Notes: generated by a model not told the origin, from the letters alone. 64,000 nucleotides of DNA from Camelus ferus (GCF_009834535.1 NC_045696.1:69628001-69692000); one strand, 5' to 3'; numbered from the stretch's first letter, positions 9,943 through 24,339 are shown. Numbers and translations are program-made.

Positions 9943-12900
9943 TCTACATTCATTTTTCTGAACTAACTGAACACCTTAGGGTACTACTAGATTTTAGCAT
10001 ATATAAATAGGTTTTTTAAAATACAGATTCCAGTTCTGATTTTTTTAAAATCTCATTTGTTTCAATTGAGATGTTGTGAATATTTTACCTGTCAGCATTT
10101 TGAATAATTCAAATATTTTATGCTGGGGAGAAAGCATGGTAAAATCTCATTTTAAAACCATGGTCTCCATACCAAATATAATTCAAAGAATTGTTTTAAA
10201 ACCCAAATGACCTTATTTTTCCCTTGAAGTATTTTTTAGATCTGTGTTTCAAAAAGAACGGACCGACTAGAGGAAGTACGGGTAATTTCCTAAGGACTGG
10301 CTAATTAACTGATAAAATCGACTTTTCATAAATACATTGCAATAGATGGCTGGGGAAATAGAATTAACTATTATGACAGCCTTTGAGTCTAAAATACATT
10401 GATCTTAATCCATCAATATGAGATTATTCATCTGGATTTTTTTTTAACTGCATAGGAGGTTTTGATATGGTGAGGAAATGCCTGCCTTTGGGAGAGGGCA
10501 CATTAATTGGACCCAGACATGATGTAACAAAATTCTACATTTACTTGCTCTGTGTTCTTGGGCCATTTCTATATGAAGAGAGCATCCTAAGGTCTTTTTT
10601 GTTATGGAAGGTAAGAAAGAATAGTAGGCACTTTACAAATAAGAGGCTTGAGGGAATCAAGGCTATCCGTTTACCCTTTTCCAGAGCTGGTAGCTCTGAA
10701 AGCAGGGAGAAGAAATGAGTGCTAAAGCAAGAGGAGGAAAACAAAGGCTTATAAAACTTGAAGTCAAACAACCTCCAACGTCTGTTAGCTAGCCCACTCC
10801 CTTACCACTGAGAGAGGGTAAAATGATTTGAGATCCTTCCTGTTTTGATAGCCTCCACGATCCCTAGACGCAGGACTCCTAAGGACCCAAGACCTAGCGT
10901 TCCCTTTTATCTAACAGAGCCACATGTCTGCACAAAATCTGTTTTCATCTAACTTTAATTATTAGGCTTATTAAAAACAATAGATTTTTCTCTTTGTCTT
11001 TTCTGTCTCTCTGCTCTTAGTTCTCTGATAAAACCCAGTAACCTTTCTAGTCCTCTGTGTTTGGCAAGAAAGACTTGGGATGGGGAATTACATCTGTCTC
11101 TGCTGGGCAGATCACTTTTGTAGATTCCAGAGGTAACAAAATCCTAACATCAATCAAGAAATTACAGTCTATCGCCTGTTTTTCAGCATTCTTCAGTTTT
11201 ATAAGGTTAAGACATGGGTAGTTTGATAAAGCTGAGCATTTGTGCTGTCTGCCATTTCAATCATCTAGTAGTATCACTGTTTTAATTTCAGACCCAGAGA
11301 AAACATTACCGCTAGTGGGGTAGGGTAGAGGGGTGTAATTCTCCACCCAGAGACTGTTCCCACCACACGTTTCTGGGGCTTTAATGGTGATAACGTGCAT
11401 CCAGGCTCAGAGGCTGACAGCCCCTCTCGGTGCATGGCTGCCCTTGAGGCAGCTTGGGCCCCATCTGTGCCCTGGCACACAGTGCTTCTCCAGTTGGAAT
11501 CCAAGGAGCTCGGAGTCTTGTCATGTTGCAGCTCCCAGCTCTTGGCCAAGCGCCAGGCGTGCTGATGCCAGTACTGGATTAGGTTTCTTTTTTAAAAATT
11601 CATTTTGTGAACTCATCAAGCTCATTTCACAGAGGCTTTGGTCGTCAGTTTCTATCATTGTCCCATCCCTAAGAGACTCAGCTTAAAATAAAGGAGAGAC
11701 ACACAGCCCCTAGTGTGTCTGTGGATCGGGGGTGTGTGTGTGTGTAACCATAAGGTAAGTACACCTTTGAGCTTGGCAGGTAAATGACAATGGACTAGCA
11801 ACTTAGATGTTAAAGCTGAGAAGAGCTCCCTCTTAAAGAGACCAGAGACTATGCCTAGTGAATAAAGGAGGCTCCCTGCCTAGCAGGAGGAAACATCTAG
11901 ACGAAAGTTGCAAGATTCTGGGGAGCGGGATAAGATCTAGCTCTTAAAAGGCCAGGAGTTTGGGAATGATCTGCAGAGCAGCCAAGGCACTGAATGGGGG
12001 GGTGGGGGGCTGTGCTTAGGATTCAGAGTAGTGCTTCCCTGAGTTCACTGACTGGGGGTGTGGGGGCGGGGGAGGGCGGGCAATGAGAAGAGGTTAACGT
12101 AAGACATTTGAAAACAGCCCACTATGTGCTGAAAAAGAGGAAACACCCATGAGCTAAAATTTCTCTCCTGGATTTGGTTTCCAGTAGCATGCTCTTCCTG
12201 GAGATCAAGTCTGGTCATCTCACTGGATTCATCAGATCTCCCTCAGGGTAATTATTGAAGGTTTGGAAAGAATCTTAAGAAACCCAGCCAGTTTTTAGCC
12301 TTGTACTTTGCATTGTCCTTGGAATAGATTTTGCCCTCTGACCCTAGATCTCCCCACTCTTCTCTTTTGATGTCTTGTGGGCATACAGGGGAGGGTATTA
12401 TAAACCTTTCAGGCCAGATGTGAAGCTGGAGAAAGGAACTGTGAAACTGTTCATAATGGGTAGCTCTCCCCCTCCTCTGCAGCCAGAGAATCTAGTAGTG
12501 AGTGTCTCCAGAGACCCTCTCCTTTGGGAGGAAGCCAGGTGGCTCCCGATACAGCTATTGGCAATGAATGGAAAAGCAAAGAGTCTGGAAAGGCTGGCTT
12601 CCATCATGGAGAGCTGTCCTCTAATGCAAACCAGCCTGCCCCGGGGGCAGGAGAAATACCACTGAGGTCTGTTTCTCTCAGCTGGTAGCTACAGTCAGAT
12701 TCTGAACAGGGCTGAACTAGATAGATTTCTTTTGCCAGAGGGCACTTGCCTACCTGACTTGGAGCTGACTTGCACACCCTTGCAGATTTCAGCCAGGGTC
12801 TTGGCCATCTGAATCTTAGGGAGCATGCAGAGCAGGCAGGCGCCTGCAGTGTCTGAGTTTCTTACGTAAACACAGCGCGCTGGGCGAGCAAGCGTCCCTG

Positions 12901-15900
12901 TGGCGACAGCTGGGCTCTGCTCTGCCTGCCCCAGCGAGCTGAGCTGCAGAGTACCCCTCCTGCCTGAATGGAGCATTCCAAATTGGTTGTGAATGGAGGG
13001 CGGGGCTCCCTTGCAGACTTTTTCAATGAATAACCAGACCCCATTGTGCAGCCTGGGGAAAAACAACCAACTCAAACAACACTGGGACTGTTAGAAATAT
13101 GCTTGTGATTGGCAGCTTGGAGAACCTCCAAAATTAGTTTCCTTTGGCTTCCCTGCTGCTCCCTGTTCTCCAAGCCTGAGCTTAATGGGGTTCGAGTTTT
13201 CTTTTAAGTGCTGACTTTAACCCTCCAACTGCCGGGCTGGTGTCCTGGCTTAGGCAAAGGGCTGCTACTGTTCCGTGAGTCCGCCCCCCTTTCTTTGTCT
13301 CCCATTTTAGACTGTAGCTGTCTAAAGGGAGTGATAATAGGAGAGGGTGGTGTAGCTTCCCTGGAGAGAGAGGTGTTGAGACTTGATCTGAGGATATTAC
13401 CCTTTTATCTCCTGGTTCCCATGGGGCTGTGGCTTTATCTTCCCACTGAAGATTCTTGCCTGCTTTGATACTGCAAGTTCTAGTCTTTACTCCAGGCCTG
13501 AATGACGGGTGTTTGCCTGCCACAGCACTTAACTCTTACATTTTAAAATGGGAAGGACCAAGCTGTAATTTCTCTACTCCTTGGCCTTCCTTCTCTGTCC
13601 TATTTAAATTTCTCACTCTGGTTGCATCCATGTCATTTTAAAATGACCCTTCCCAGCCTGGTCCTCACTATGGGGGAGTCTCTCTATGGCTGCAACCCTC
13701 CCACTGTGCACTCAAACACCTTGCTTCCTCAAATGAACATCCCAGGAAGTTCCAGATAGAACCCAGCCTCTGAGCAACCCCTAAACTAGAGTGGCATTCT
13801 CACCCCGAATCTAGGCCAGATTTTAGGGGTACATTTGCCTCAGTAGCATTCAACTTAAACATTTTACAACCTCTTGGCTAGCAGCTCAGATACTCCCTTC
13901 CCACCCCCACGTAGAAGGGCTAGACCAGGGCTGTAGGATAAGCATTAAAAGGACAATCTGTTAAAAAGCAAAGCAAAACATAATAGTAATGATGAATGAT
14001 CCAATGCCATTTCCTCGGGGTTTTAAATTAAGAGCTCTTAGTTCCTGGTCCTCATCCTCACAACTGTAATGTGGCTGTTTGCATTTGTGTTTTGCATGTC
14101 TTTTTTTCCCCTGAAATATTTCCCTTGCTATAAATTGGTCTTGCAAGACTGTCTTCCCCTCCCTGTTAAAAAGAGAACAGGCCTGGGCAGATTGTCCTTT
14201 TGTAAGAGAGTTTGAAACCTCTCAGGAGGTAACCCTAGATATCGGCTGTGTAAGAGGATGCTTCTCCGGAGGGGCTGAGGAGGACTTAGCTTACATAAAC
14301 ACTTTTCAGCTGAGTGCCTGGAAATGCTTTGTAATTGCCTGAAAGGGCACTTAATGAGGGTCTTTTGTACTTCTCCCATAGAAAAGGTAGAATAGAAAGT
14401 AGGGGGGTGGTGTCTCTTCTACTGGCTGCCTGCAGTAAAGACCAGATCCTGGAATGCCTACCCCAGGTTTCCCAATCTGAATTTTAATAGAGAATAATTT
14501 AATGCTGATAACTTCACTGCACTGAGGGATACCTTGAATCTGAACATTTCTGCTCCTCCTCAACTTCCTTTTCTTTCCTCCCTCCCCCCTCCGGCCTTGG
14601 AATCTTATTTCTTGAGCAATAAGGAGAGAGCAGCATAGGGCTGTAATGTATTCTGTGTTTTGACAAATATTAAACATAGTCCCCACTTCCCAGTTTCCAT
14701 TCCTATTGACACAAGAAGCAGACAGTTTCTCTTAGGCTCTAAGTGTGTCCAAAAGCAAAGAACTGTCACATGTGAAGTACGTTTCTGCGCATCTGCCTGA
14801 GCCACAGCCCCTGCTCCTCACACAGCCAATATCTGGAGAGTGGATTTTGCTCACCACCACCTTCTCCGTTCTCACCCCCTACCCCCCATCGCCATCGTTC
14901 AACAGCCCCCAACACCAGCCTTCAGCTGGTAGGGAAGTAACTCTGTAACATGAGTTCTGAGAGTTCTTGGGATGACCTTAGAGATAAATAGAAAACAACT
15001 AGCCAGGGTGATTTCTCGCTTTCTGATTCCTCTTTTAAACGCATACACTAGCCAAGGCTTCCCAGGCTGCATCTAGACTTCGTGCAGCTAATGCTGGTCC
15101 CCACTAAGATGTGTGCTAGAGAGCAAGTCACGGTTTAGGCACCCTGCTGCACTTGCTGCTGTCTGCTTTAGGAGAAGCCGAGCTGTAGATAGAAGGGATC
15201 GGTTCTCAGAGGGAGAAGCCAGTTTCCCTAGGGCTTGGGTTTTCTCCTGTCAAATTTTTAAGATGAATTTTAACTTTGAAGTTGAAGGTAAAAAAATTTC
15301 CACAGTGCTTAAATCTTCCTTCAAGTATTGTTGATGCTTCTCTTAAATGCCAGTTTAGATGAGAATCAAATGTATGGGGAATAAATTATAGAAGGGAGAT
15401 TAAAGAAGGTTTGGTTTTGCATTTTTTTCCCATTCAGGAGAAATGTCCTGTTTCCCCCTTTCCTGATGGCGTGTTCCACCGTGAGCAGCCCTTCGTGGTC
15501 CAGTCTGCCGTGGTTGCTGGAAAGCCCCCAGTGGAGGAAGCCATGCTGTCCTCTAACAGAACTCTAACAGAGTTGGGAGAGCAGGGCTCTCTAATTTAGA
15601 GCTCTTTCCCTATGGTGAAAAATTAACAAACAAGATGTCTATCATATTGGTTTCTCTGTGGCCCAAAGTTTTGGGATGTGACATATTGATGCAATTAGAT
15701 TCATTCTGTACAAAACTCTTCCACGGCAGAGCCCGTATGTATTAGTACGCAAGCCTTGCCTCAGTCATAGTGGGGCTACTTCTTTTCTAAGCTCCTTTTC
15801 CCTCCCTTTAATTTCTAACTCTTATATTCAAGGCCTCTGGGTTTCCATTTTCAGAATTCTAAAATAGCAGTCCAAAATTGTTAGGGTGAATGAGTCCCTT

Positions 15901-18900
15901 GAAGAAAAGGAACTGCACAAATCCAAGCTGTTTCAAGAATAAGACTCAAATGTGAAGAGAGTGTGAACTTAAAGTGAATCTGAAACTAGTTCATCTGGGT
16001 CAAAAAACCCCTCTCTACTACCATTGGCATTAAATTATCTTCCTCATTTGATACCACTGCAGTTTCCTGGTAGACAACACTCTGACCTGCAGTTCCCTCC
16101 CCTCTGAGTCAGGACAGGCATGATTTAGAACATTTGACCAAGGTGGGTTCTTACTAACATGACCGCTTCTTTTGGAAGGAGGGAAAAAAGAGCATTAATA
16201 CAAAGAATCTCTTTCCTTCTATTTTAAACAGGCTTAGAATAGAAACCTTTGAAAATCGCCTGTGTCGTTATTGTCAGTACTGGTAGAGGTGAAAAAAGGA
16301 CAGGGCCAATAGCCTAAATTCCAGTTAGCAGCTGTTCCTCCTAGCTGATAACCAGGGACATGACCAGCCAATCTTCTTACCCTGGCAAGCTTGCCCTGGG
16401 CCTTGGGTCCCCCTTGAGGGCTCCTTTTGCTCCTAAGGTCTCCCTGTGTGTAGACCGGTTTCCCTGACCTCTCCCCAGGGGCCCTCCTAGCCTTTCCAGC
16501 CCCTTCCAGCAAGAGACCGGTAGCCTTAAGGACCACGTCTACTCTTCTTAGTCAGCTGTCCCCACCCTGTCTGCCCTCTAGGACCTGGGCATCATCCCTG
16601 ACTTAGGTCACATTTTCTCCTCTCCAGAGGGGGAGTAGATAGGTAGGTGGAGTAAAGAGGTAGGGGAAGCCTTGAGCCCCCTTTGGAGGCTAGAGTACCC
16701 CCATTTGGGTGGTCTGCGTGGTACTATTCCATCTTTTGGTTTGCAGTTGTACATTATACAGTGACTTCCCCAACTGACTTCCATGGGCAGAGTTTAGTTT
16801 TTCACCTTCTGACCAGTAGTATTTCAGCTGGTGATCTGAGGTTGAGACATCATGTGCTGGTTCTGCTGCCATTGCTGGAAGGGGCAGTGGGGCGGGGCCG
16901 GGAGGGAGAGGGAATTTTTGTGGGATGTTATAATCATTGAACTTGGCCTAGCAGAAGCAAACCTTCAAATCACGCCTCCCCTCCCCCATTATGTGACGTT
17001 ACTAGATAGTAAGTATTGTAGTTGAGATATGATCCCACCAGTGCAGGAATGCCTCCAAAAGAGCCCTTTTCTACGAAGTGAAACCCCTTTGTCAAGTCAG
17101 TCCTCCTTTCCCACGGAGAAATTAAAGTCACTTTACAAGTATAAAACCACCATTTTTATCTTTTCCTGCTAGCCAGAAGGCCTTTGTCTTAGGGTCTAAC
17201 AGAAGCTATAACCTGGGGGCCCCTTAAGCTGGAGCTTTGGCATCTTCGGAGCTAGATTTCTCCATTGTTGACTCTATCTTGTATCATATATTCCACATTC
17301 CAGAGAGCAGTAAGACCATGAAATATCATAACACCAGCCCTATCCAAACACAATTTAGAAACGCTTCACTCTCCAGAGCCAATGTGAGCACTGCAGCATC
17401 TCATCACCGAAGCACCAATCCCATACACAGCCAGCATTTCCCCCAGAGAAAGCAGCGTTCTGCAAATGCTTTATCTGGGGCACAGCCCAGACCCATGTTG
17501 CCGTCATTAGCTCGAGTCCACAGCAGAAGACTTGGGTTATCCAAGGTAAACAGAAAATGGGAGAGAGGCTTACAGAGAGGCCTTATGGTTTTAACTTCTT
17601 CATGGTATCAACTCTGTTGTCTAATTTAAAACCCAGGTGGGAGACATTCTATCAATAACTCAAATTCCTGTATCCTGAGAGAAATTCCACTGCCTTTGCA
17701 GGTGACCTCTCAGAAATGTTTCAGATACCACGCTCTACGAATGCTATTTATACCTTTTCAAAGTTGGGCCAGTTCTTTTTAAGGTCCTTTTCCTTCCTTT
17801 ATTTTCTAACTCTTACATTCAAGGCCTCTAGGTTTCCATTTTCAGAATTCTGAAGTCATCTTCTGAGACCCCTGCTAACCCTGTTTTTCTGCCGCACCGT
17901 TTGTGGATTGAGAGTGGTCTCTCCGGAGAGTCTCCAGACCATCTTTCATTTAAGTGCCTATCATTTTTAATAATACGAACTCAGTTTTCCTGAGCTTGCA
18001 TCCCCAAAAGATTCCAGCTCTAGAATTTCCAAATGCTTGGTATAGCCTCATCTACTTTTATGGGCAAGAAAGGTGTTTTCTTCCCTCACCTCTTCCCAGT
18101 GCAGGAAGACCTGGCTCAAGTTTTGTAGGTGATTATTTCATTCTGGCATTCCCCCAAACATTTTCATGCAGAGTCATTGATACTTGAAGCTGGCTCTCGA
18201 GTTGGTCCTGTTCCTTATCAATGTAATTCAGGCTCTATTTGTTGGATCTGACTGTCTTTTCTGATAGTTCATGTCACGGTAAGTTCAAAGGCTTTTTCTT
18301 GAGCTGATTATGTTACCCCAAGTTTCTTGCTCTAAATCATAAAAAATAAGAGTGGTTTTTTTGGTCCACATACCAATTCCTGGAGCCTCTCTTCTGCTGA
18401 CTGTAGGTTTTTCCTCCTGCATGGGAGAAATCTGATTCCTGGAACCAGATGTTCCAGGAACTAGCTTTTATCAGTTCCTAATTTGGCTCTTGCGTTATTT
18501 ATTGTACAGAAGATACTGGTCATATAGGGGGGACTTCTATAATTGTTAATTGATGAATTCTGCTACCTCATGGTCGATCCTATACCCTGGGGCGCTGAAA
18601 TCTACCACCAGGGTGATACTCAGTCCTTTGGTCCTTGCTGAGAAACAGGACAAGAAAGAATAAGTTGGAATAATCAGCACCATAACCCCCCATCCTCCAC
18701 CACCATGATTAATCACCAATCTAAAATCCTGAATACTACCATTCTTACCCATCATAAGCCTTGGAGTACTATTTGATTTTGTAAACTGAATTTATTAGTG
18801 TGATGAAAATAAACATTAAATGAAAATTTGAATACTGCTGCTGTGCCAATCCTGAAGAGATCTTTCCCTATTTCCACTCTGTATCTATTTGGTGCCAAAT

Positions 18901-20089
18901 TCTATCCCAGAACAGAAACCTCACTTTCTCCATGTGGGGCTTTACCCAGGACAAGTGCAGCTGTTCTTGCAGGTGGAGATTTAGAATGAACCGACCCTGA
19001 AATCTCAGCCCCTGTCTGAGGTGTGCTCACCTGGGTGTGGGCTGTACCAGATGTCTGTCACACTTTCCGTGAGTTGTGTGGAGATCCTTTCCATGCCAGA
19101 CTCCCCTGCCACCCTCAATCCCCAAGACAGAAATGCCCAGGAATCCTGCAAGACAGCATGCTTTCTTTAACACCATTTAGGTCTTCAGCTCCACGTTCCT
19201 TTCTGACCTCCCAGCCCGGTAGGCTAGGTTGGGCTAGATTGAGCCTCTAGAAACTTTTTTCCCCTAAAGCTAAGGGCACTAACAGCCCAGGCCACCCATT
19301 TCAAATTTCCTATCCTGGCCCTGACTCTGCTTAGCCTCTGTGGGCAGAAAAAGAATTTCAAGGAAGAGAACTTTAATTCCTTTTAATTCTGCCAACCTTC
19401 ACAGGTAGGTGATGGCTGCATTGTGCCTTCATGAGGACTCGGGGGATGAAATCTAATGAGTGGTCCGACCATTCTAAACCTGTTACGCATATACATTCAC
19501 AAGGAGTGGACATTCTTCATTTTTTTCCCAAGAATGCTTTGTGATCTTGAGTTGAGCTTATGTTTCAGTTCCTGTTATTTAGTCCCTGTGTATTAATATG
19601 TGTGTGGAATTACTGATTGATCTTACTTTTGTTAATACTTTGTCCTGTGTCCTTGTGGTCTTTTCGCCCAGGCAGTGGTAGAGGCGGCAGTGGGCAGCTG
19701 TCATGGAGACAGCAGTGGCAGCTTTCCTTTTGCCCTCTCCTGGATGTTCCTTTCTCCTTTCTAGGTGGGCCAGGGCCAAAAAAATACTTGAGAACAACCG
19801 GCTTAGATGTTAGAGTATGACCAACACTTGTCCTTGTGTAATGTTAGATTCCCGGGGCTGTATTATACAAACATGGTAAAGGTACAGGATAAACAGGACA
19901 GTATCCTTCCAATCTGGTAATAGGCCAGGGCAGCTTCCTTCATGCGTGACTGCATCGTCTAGAAGTCATTAGAACGTCTACTGACTTATTAGTCCACAAT
20001 AAAGAGATTTTTTCCTCCAGTATCTCAGAGGAGATGGGGTATCTGTTCTATTGATTATAAATACATTACTACATTTACTTCATTTCTCT

Positions 20090-20560
20090 ATATTTTTTTC
20101 TTTCCAAGTATTGAAAAGCAAGTTGCTGGCACTATGACATTTCACCCCCAAATACTTTAGTGTGCATCTCCAAAGATTAAGGGCATTCATCTACATAGCC
20201 TAATTAACTTTTATTCAGTAATATTAAGAATTCCCCAGTGCTGGGGGTATAGCTTAGTGGTAGAGTACATAGCTAGCACGCATGAGGTCCTTCCTGGGCT
20301 CGATCCCCAGTACATCTACTGAATAAATAGATTTTTTTTTAAAAAAAGGTGTCCAGTAGTTTAAAAAAAAAGAATTCCCCAGTTGTCTTTTTAACAGATA
20401 TTGATACTGTTCTTGATCTAGAACTTGATTAAGAATCATATGTATTTTTATTTCTCTTATCTTCAATCTACAACAATCTGCCTATCCCACCCCCTACTCC
20501 CCATAACATTGACTCTTCAAAAAAAAAAAAAGTCCTGACCAGTTGTTTTCTAGTTGTTGA
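20090..20560 (-). mobile_element. Old L1 (L1M-type) 3' fragment
   Basis: Motifs such as ttgaaaagcaagttgc...ccccaaatactttagtgtgcatctcc typical of L1M 3' ends; by eye. Confidence 0.5.
20240..20369 (+). mobile_element. tRNA-Ala-derived SINE with 14-bp TSD, nested in an old L1 fragment
   Basis: gggggtatagcttagtggtagag...gggctcgatccccagtac; TSD aagaattccccagt at 20226-20239 and 20370-20383. Confidence 0.9.
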
Positions 20561-22779
20561 CTTTTAGGGGACATTTTTTTGAAGGATATGTAGAAATACA
20601 TACAGACATCCTGACCTTAGGCCTAGAAATTTCCTATGTTCTGGCTTTTCTCACCTTTCATATCCATGTTATTACGCTGACTTTAAAACACAGGTAAAAG
20701 AACAGTGAGTCAGATGGAGATGGTTTGTGCATGTTTGAAAAGGATTTTGAGGGACTCATAAAATTTTTTTTAAGCACAGCTTACTAAATTGTTGATTTTA
20801 CTATTTATGGATGATTTTACTGTATTCAGCTTATGAATTTATGCTTACAAAAGTTAGCACTGTCAGGTATTAAAGAAAACAGCACATTCCCCCATATCTC
20901 CTCTAAATCTGCTTTTAGAACCTGTGCCCCCTAACTAAATTTGATAACATTTCAAATTTTTGTTTTTGGAAACTGTTGCCAGGCAGAATTAATGTTAATC
21001 ATCCACTCAGACGGGCTCAAGCATGTCTGTTTGGTTTGGAAATCTAAAAGGCATCTCCTTTTCCAGATACCTTTTTTTAAGTGCCAGAACCTGTCCACTT
21101 TATCTTCCTTAAACCTCCCTGGCTCCCATAGCTGGGTATTACCTCCTGTCCTTGTCATTTGCACTGGAGCAATTACAAAGAATATTGAGATATTAGGAAT
21201 ATATCTTATGCTTGAAATGAATTTCTAATTTTCTCAGCCCTAAAATAAGCACATATTTCTGACTTCTTCTAGCAATAGCATAGAAGTTAATAAGCCCCAT
21301 CCTGTCTACCTCTTTTTTCTTACTAATTAGCTATCTATGATTTGTCTCAGAATTTGTCAAAAAAAATTTTTTTAAAAGGCCAGTGCTAAGGAAAGGTAGC
21401 AGTATGTTGGAAAGTAAGCCTTTTGGTTTTGTTGTGCTTTTCAAACCACAGAACTCAACGCATCTGGTGACTTCAAGCCCTCTGGTCTTTGCCAGCGGGG
21501 GTACCCTGACAGGCTAAGGGTAAATCAGGTGAGAAGAGGCCACACCCCACCTGCTCCTTCCCGAAGGCTTCTGCAGTTCTGTTTTGCCAGTGTCATTTTT
21601 ATATTCATATGTCCCTCTGCCTTCTTCCCTTGTGTTCTACTAACTGCCACAAGCAGAGAGCAGTATGGGCAGATGTCTTGGGCTCCTCCCACCATCATTC
21701 TTGAGCTAAATAGTACATATTCCTTACTATGGAGGGAAATGAGGTGGGGTGGTAATGGTCTAAGAGAGGAACAATGTCCCAAAGTTGGTGGCAAAGACAG
21801 TAGTAAGCTTAGGAACAGACCTTCACTTTAGGACCACGGCTCCGGAATCCTGAGAAGTCCCTTGACCACGACTGTGTACATCCACACCACATTTGTTCAC
21901 AAGCACTGACAGAGGCTCTGGAGATACAGGCTGGCCACCTGAGACATAGCCTCGTGGACGTGTCGTTTGGAGGCAGGTGTTGGTGTTCTGGTCCACTCCC
22001 GTCATGAGACACAACCTTCCTTTAAAGTAAGAAGATTGTGGCTATCAAGTGTGACCAAATAAGGTCCTCCCAAGGTCAGGCCTGCACAGCTGATTTGGGA
22101 AAGATGAGTCTGCTCCAGATGAAGGCAATGAAATTGAAGAAGGTGGAGAGGAAAATCCCCAAGCAAAGCCTGAATGGCTACACCCAGGAGAAGGCAGGCA
22201 GAGCCTGCGTGTGAAGCGGGAGGAGGAGAATGGGCTGGGTCTCCCCGTGCTCAGACCGCAGTGTAGCTAACTGACTGGCAGTTTAACACTCAGCAACTAC
22301 CTAAATGTTGTGTATGTTCACAACAAAGTCTGTGTCGAATCGAAACTTTGATCATGAAGCACCAAAGGAAAGGCTTATTAGATAAGGTGGTTTTGTCTTT
22401 CTGAAAAAAAAAAAATTCCTTTTGAATCAAACTGTCGCTCATCATAACATTCAACAAAAGTGTTTTCCTTTGTTTTGATCCTCTGCTGTAATAGTGAAGC
22501 TGAGTGCCAGCACTGGCATGGGGTAGATGCCTTGGACAGAATCCACAAGCCTGTACTTGTGGGCAGGAAACAGATTTTGTCAGCAGAGGGAATTATTATT
22601 ATTCCTTTTGAATGGGCCAGTGTGTCTATTTTTTCTATTTTGAAACAATTGGGTTATTTCTTTGAAAAACTGCTTCTATACCACCACAGAAGAAAGATTT
22701 TCTAAAATTTGAGAAATCTTAGTAAGTATTAACTCAGTGATGCTGTTTGACCAGGACAAGGCTGCTTTAAAAAAAAAAA

Positions 22780-23465
22780 AAACAATTGAAATAACACACA
22801 GCAATCATAGGAGTACAGCTTGCTAAATTTTCATAAACTGTACAAACATCTAGATCAAGACCCAGAACTTACCAGAATACGAGAAGGCTCCTTGTGCCCC
22901 CTAAACAGGCATTACCCCCAGACTCGGCAGTAACCTCCATCCAGACTTTAAACACCATTGATTAATTTTGTTTCCTTTTTTGGGGGTGGGTAATTAGGTT
23001 ATTGACTAATGGAGGTACTGGGGAGTGAACCCAGGACCGTGTTCATGCTAAGCATGTGCTCTACCACTGAGCTATACCTTCCCCATAATATCAAGGTTTC
23101 CAACCCATGAACATGATATATCCTTCCATTTATTGAGTTCTTTGATTTTCCTCAGTGTTTTATACTTTTCAGTGTAGGTATCTTACATGTCATTTATTAG
23201 ATATGTTCTAGGTATTTGATGTTATCTGTTGCTATTGTAAGTGCATTTAAAATTTCACCTTGGTTTTGTTACTGTATATAGAAATAGTTATTTTTATATA
23301 TTAGCCTTGTAGCCAATGATCTTGGTAAATTAGCTTATTGATTCTTATACTTTGTGAATACTTTATATTTTCTGTATATCCAACCAGGGCATCTGTGAAT
23401 AATGACTTATATTTTTCCTTTCTAATCCTTTTATTTTTCTTGACTTACTGCATTAGCTATGATCA
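22780..23465 (-). mobile_element. Old L1 (L1ME-like) fragments interrupted by a SINE
   Basis: AT-rich L1-like sequence (ccatgaacatgatatatccttccatttatt, ttgctattgtaagtg, tttttcctttctaatc). Confidence 0.65.
22971..23084 (-). mobile_element. tRNA-Ala-derived SINE inside an old L1
   Basis: Reverse strand ggggaaggtatagctcagtggtagagcacatgcttagcatg...cctgggttcactccccagtacctcc. Confidence 0.88.
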
Positions 23466-24339
23466 GGCCTGATTTTTGATCACTATGTCAGATAGAATCT
23501 TCCAAGAAGTTCCCTAGAAGGAAAAGCAACTATGAAGCTAAGTTGCTTGATTTGTGACCATCATATCTAAATTTTAAGTGGTGTTATGGTGGGCTGCAAA
23601 GCAATGCATTATAGTTGGTAGTGTGTGCCCCCAGATATGGACTTAAATCTTGTCAGCCACCCACCCTTGTCTTTCCTACCCCTGACAGGCAGAGATTCTC
23701 GTAAATGTTCGTGCATGGATCCTTAACAGAGTTCTTACAGTCAGGTAGGGGTCCAGACAGCTCAGAGTGTTCTTGCCTCAGAAGTGGCTTTAAGAGGGAA
23801 CTGTCAAGAAGCAGTTTCATAAGGGGCAAGGGACTTGGGGTGCAAGATGGAATCCATGGCAACAGTGTGGCATCTGGCTGGTCAGTGACTGGCTGTAGAC
23901 GCCAGGTCTTCCAGAGTGCCTGCATCTGTTTAAATGAGCAGATTTGTCAGCTGGACAGTAGAAGAAACGAGATCTTTTAGATGGAATACTGGAATGGGAG
24001 GCAAGGATTATAAGTTAGAGGCTGCTGGAGTCCAGATATTAGTTTCCAGTAGGAGTGAGGGAGGGATCCTGGGCATTTTGGTGGCCTGGAGTTAGGGGAG
24101 GGTGTAAGTCCCGGAGTGGATTCAGGCGCATCCGGTGTGCTTGCAGCTGGAGAGCACAGTCAGCATGAGGATACAGACCCTAAGTATTGCAAGCGGTGTC
24201 CCTCCTTCCTCTTCCCTGGTGTTGTCTTCTTTCTCCATCTCTTTTCTCTTTCCCTGTTTCTTTTAATCTTTTTGATTTAGTCTCTCAGATTCCCTCTGGG
24301 AGGCAGTATGATGGAATGACTAATGCCTGTGTAGTAGGA

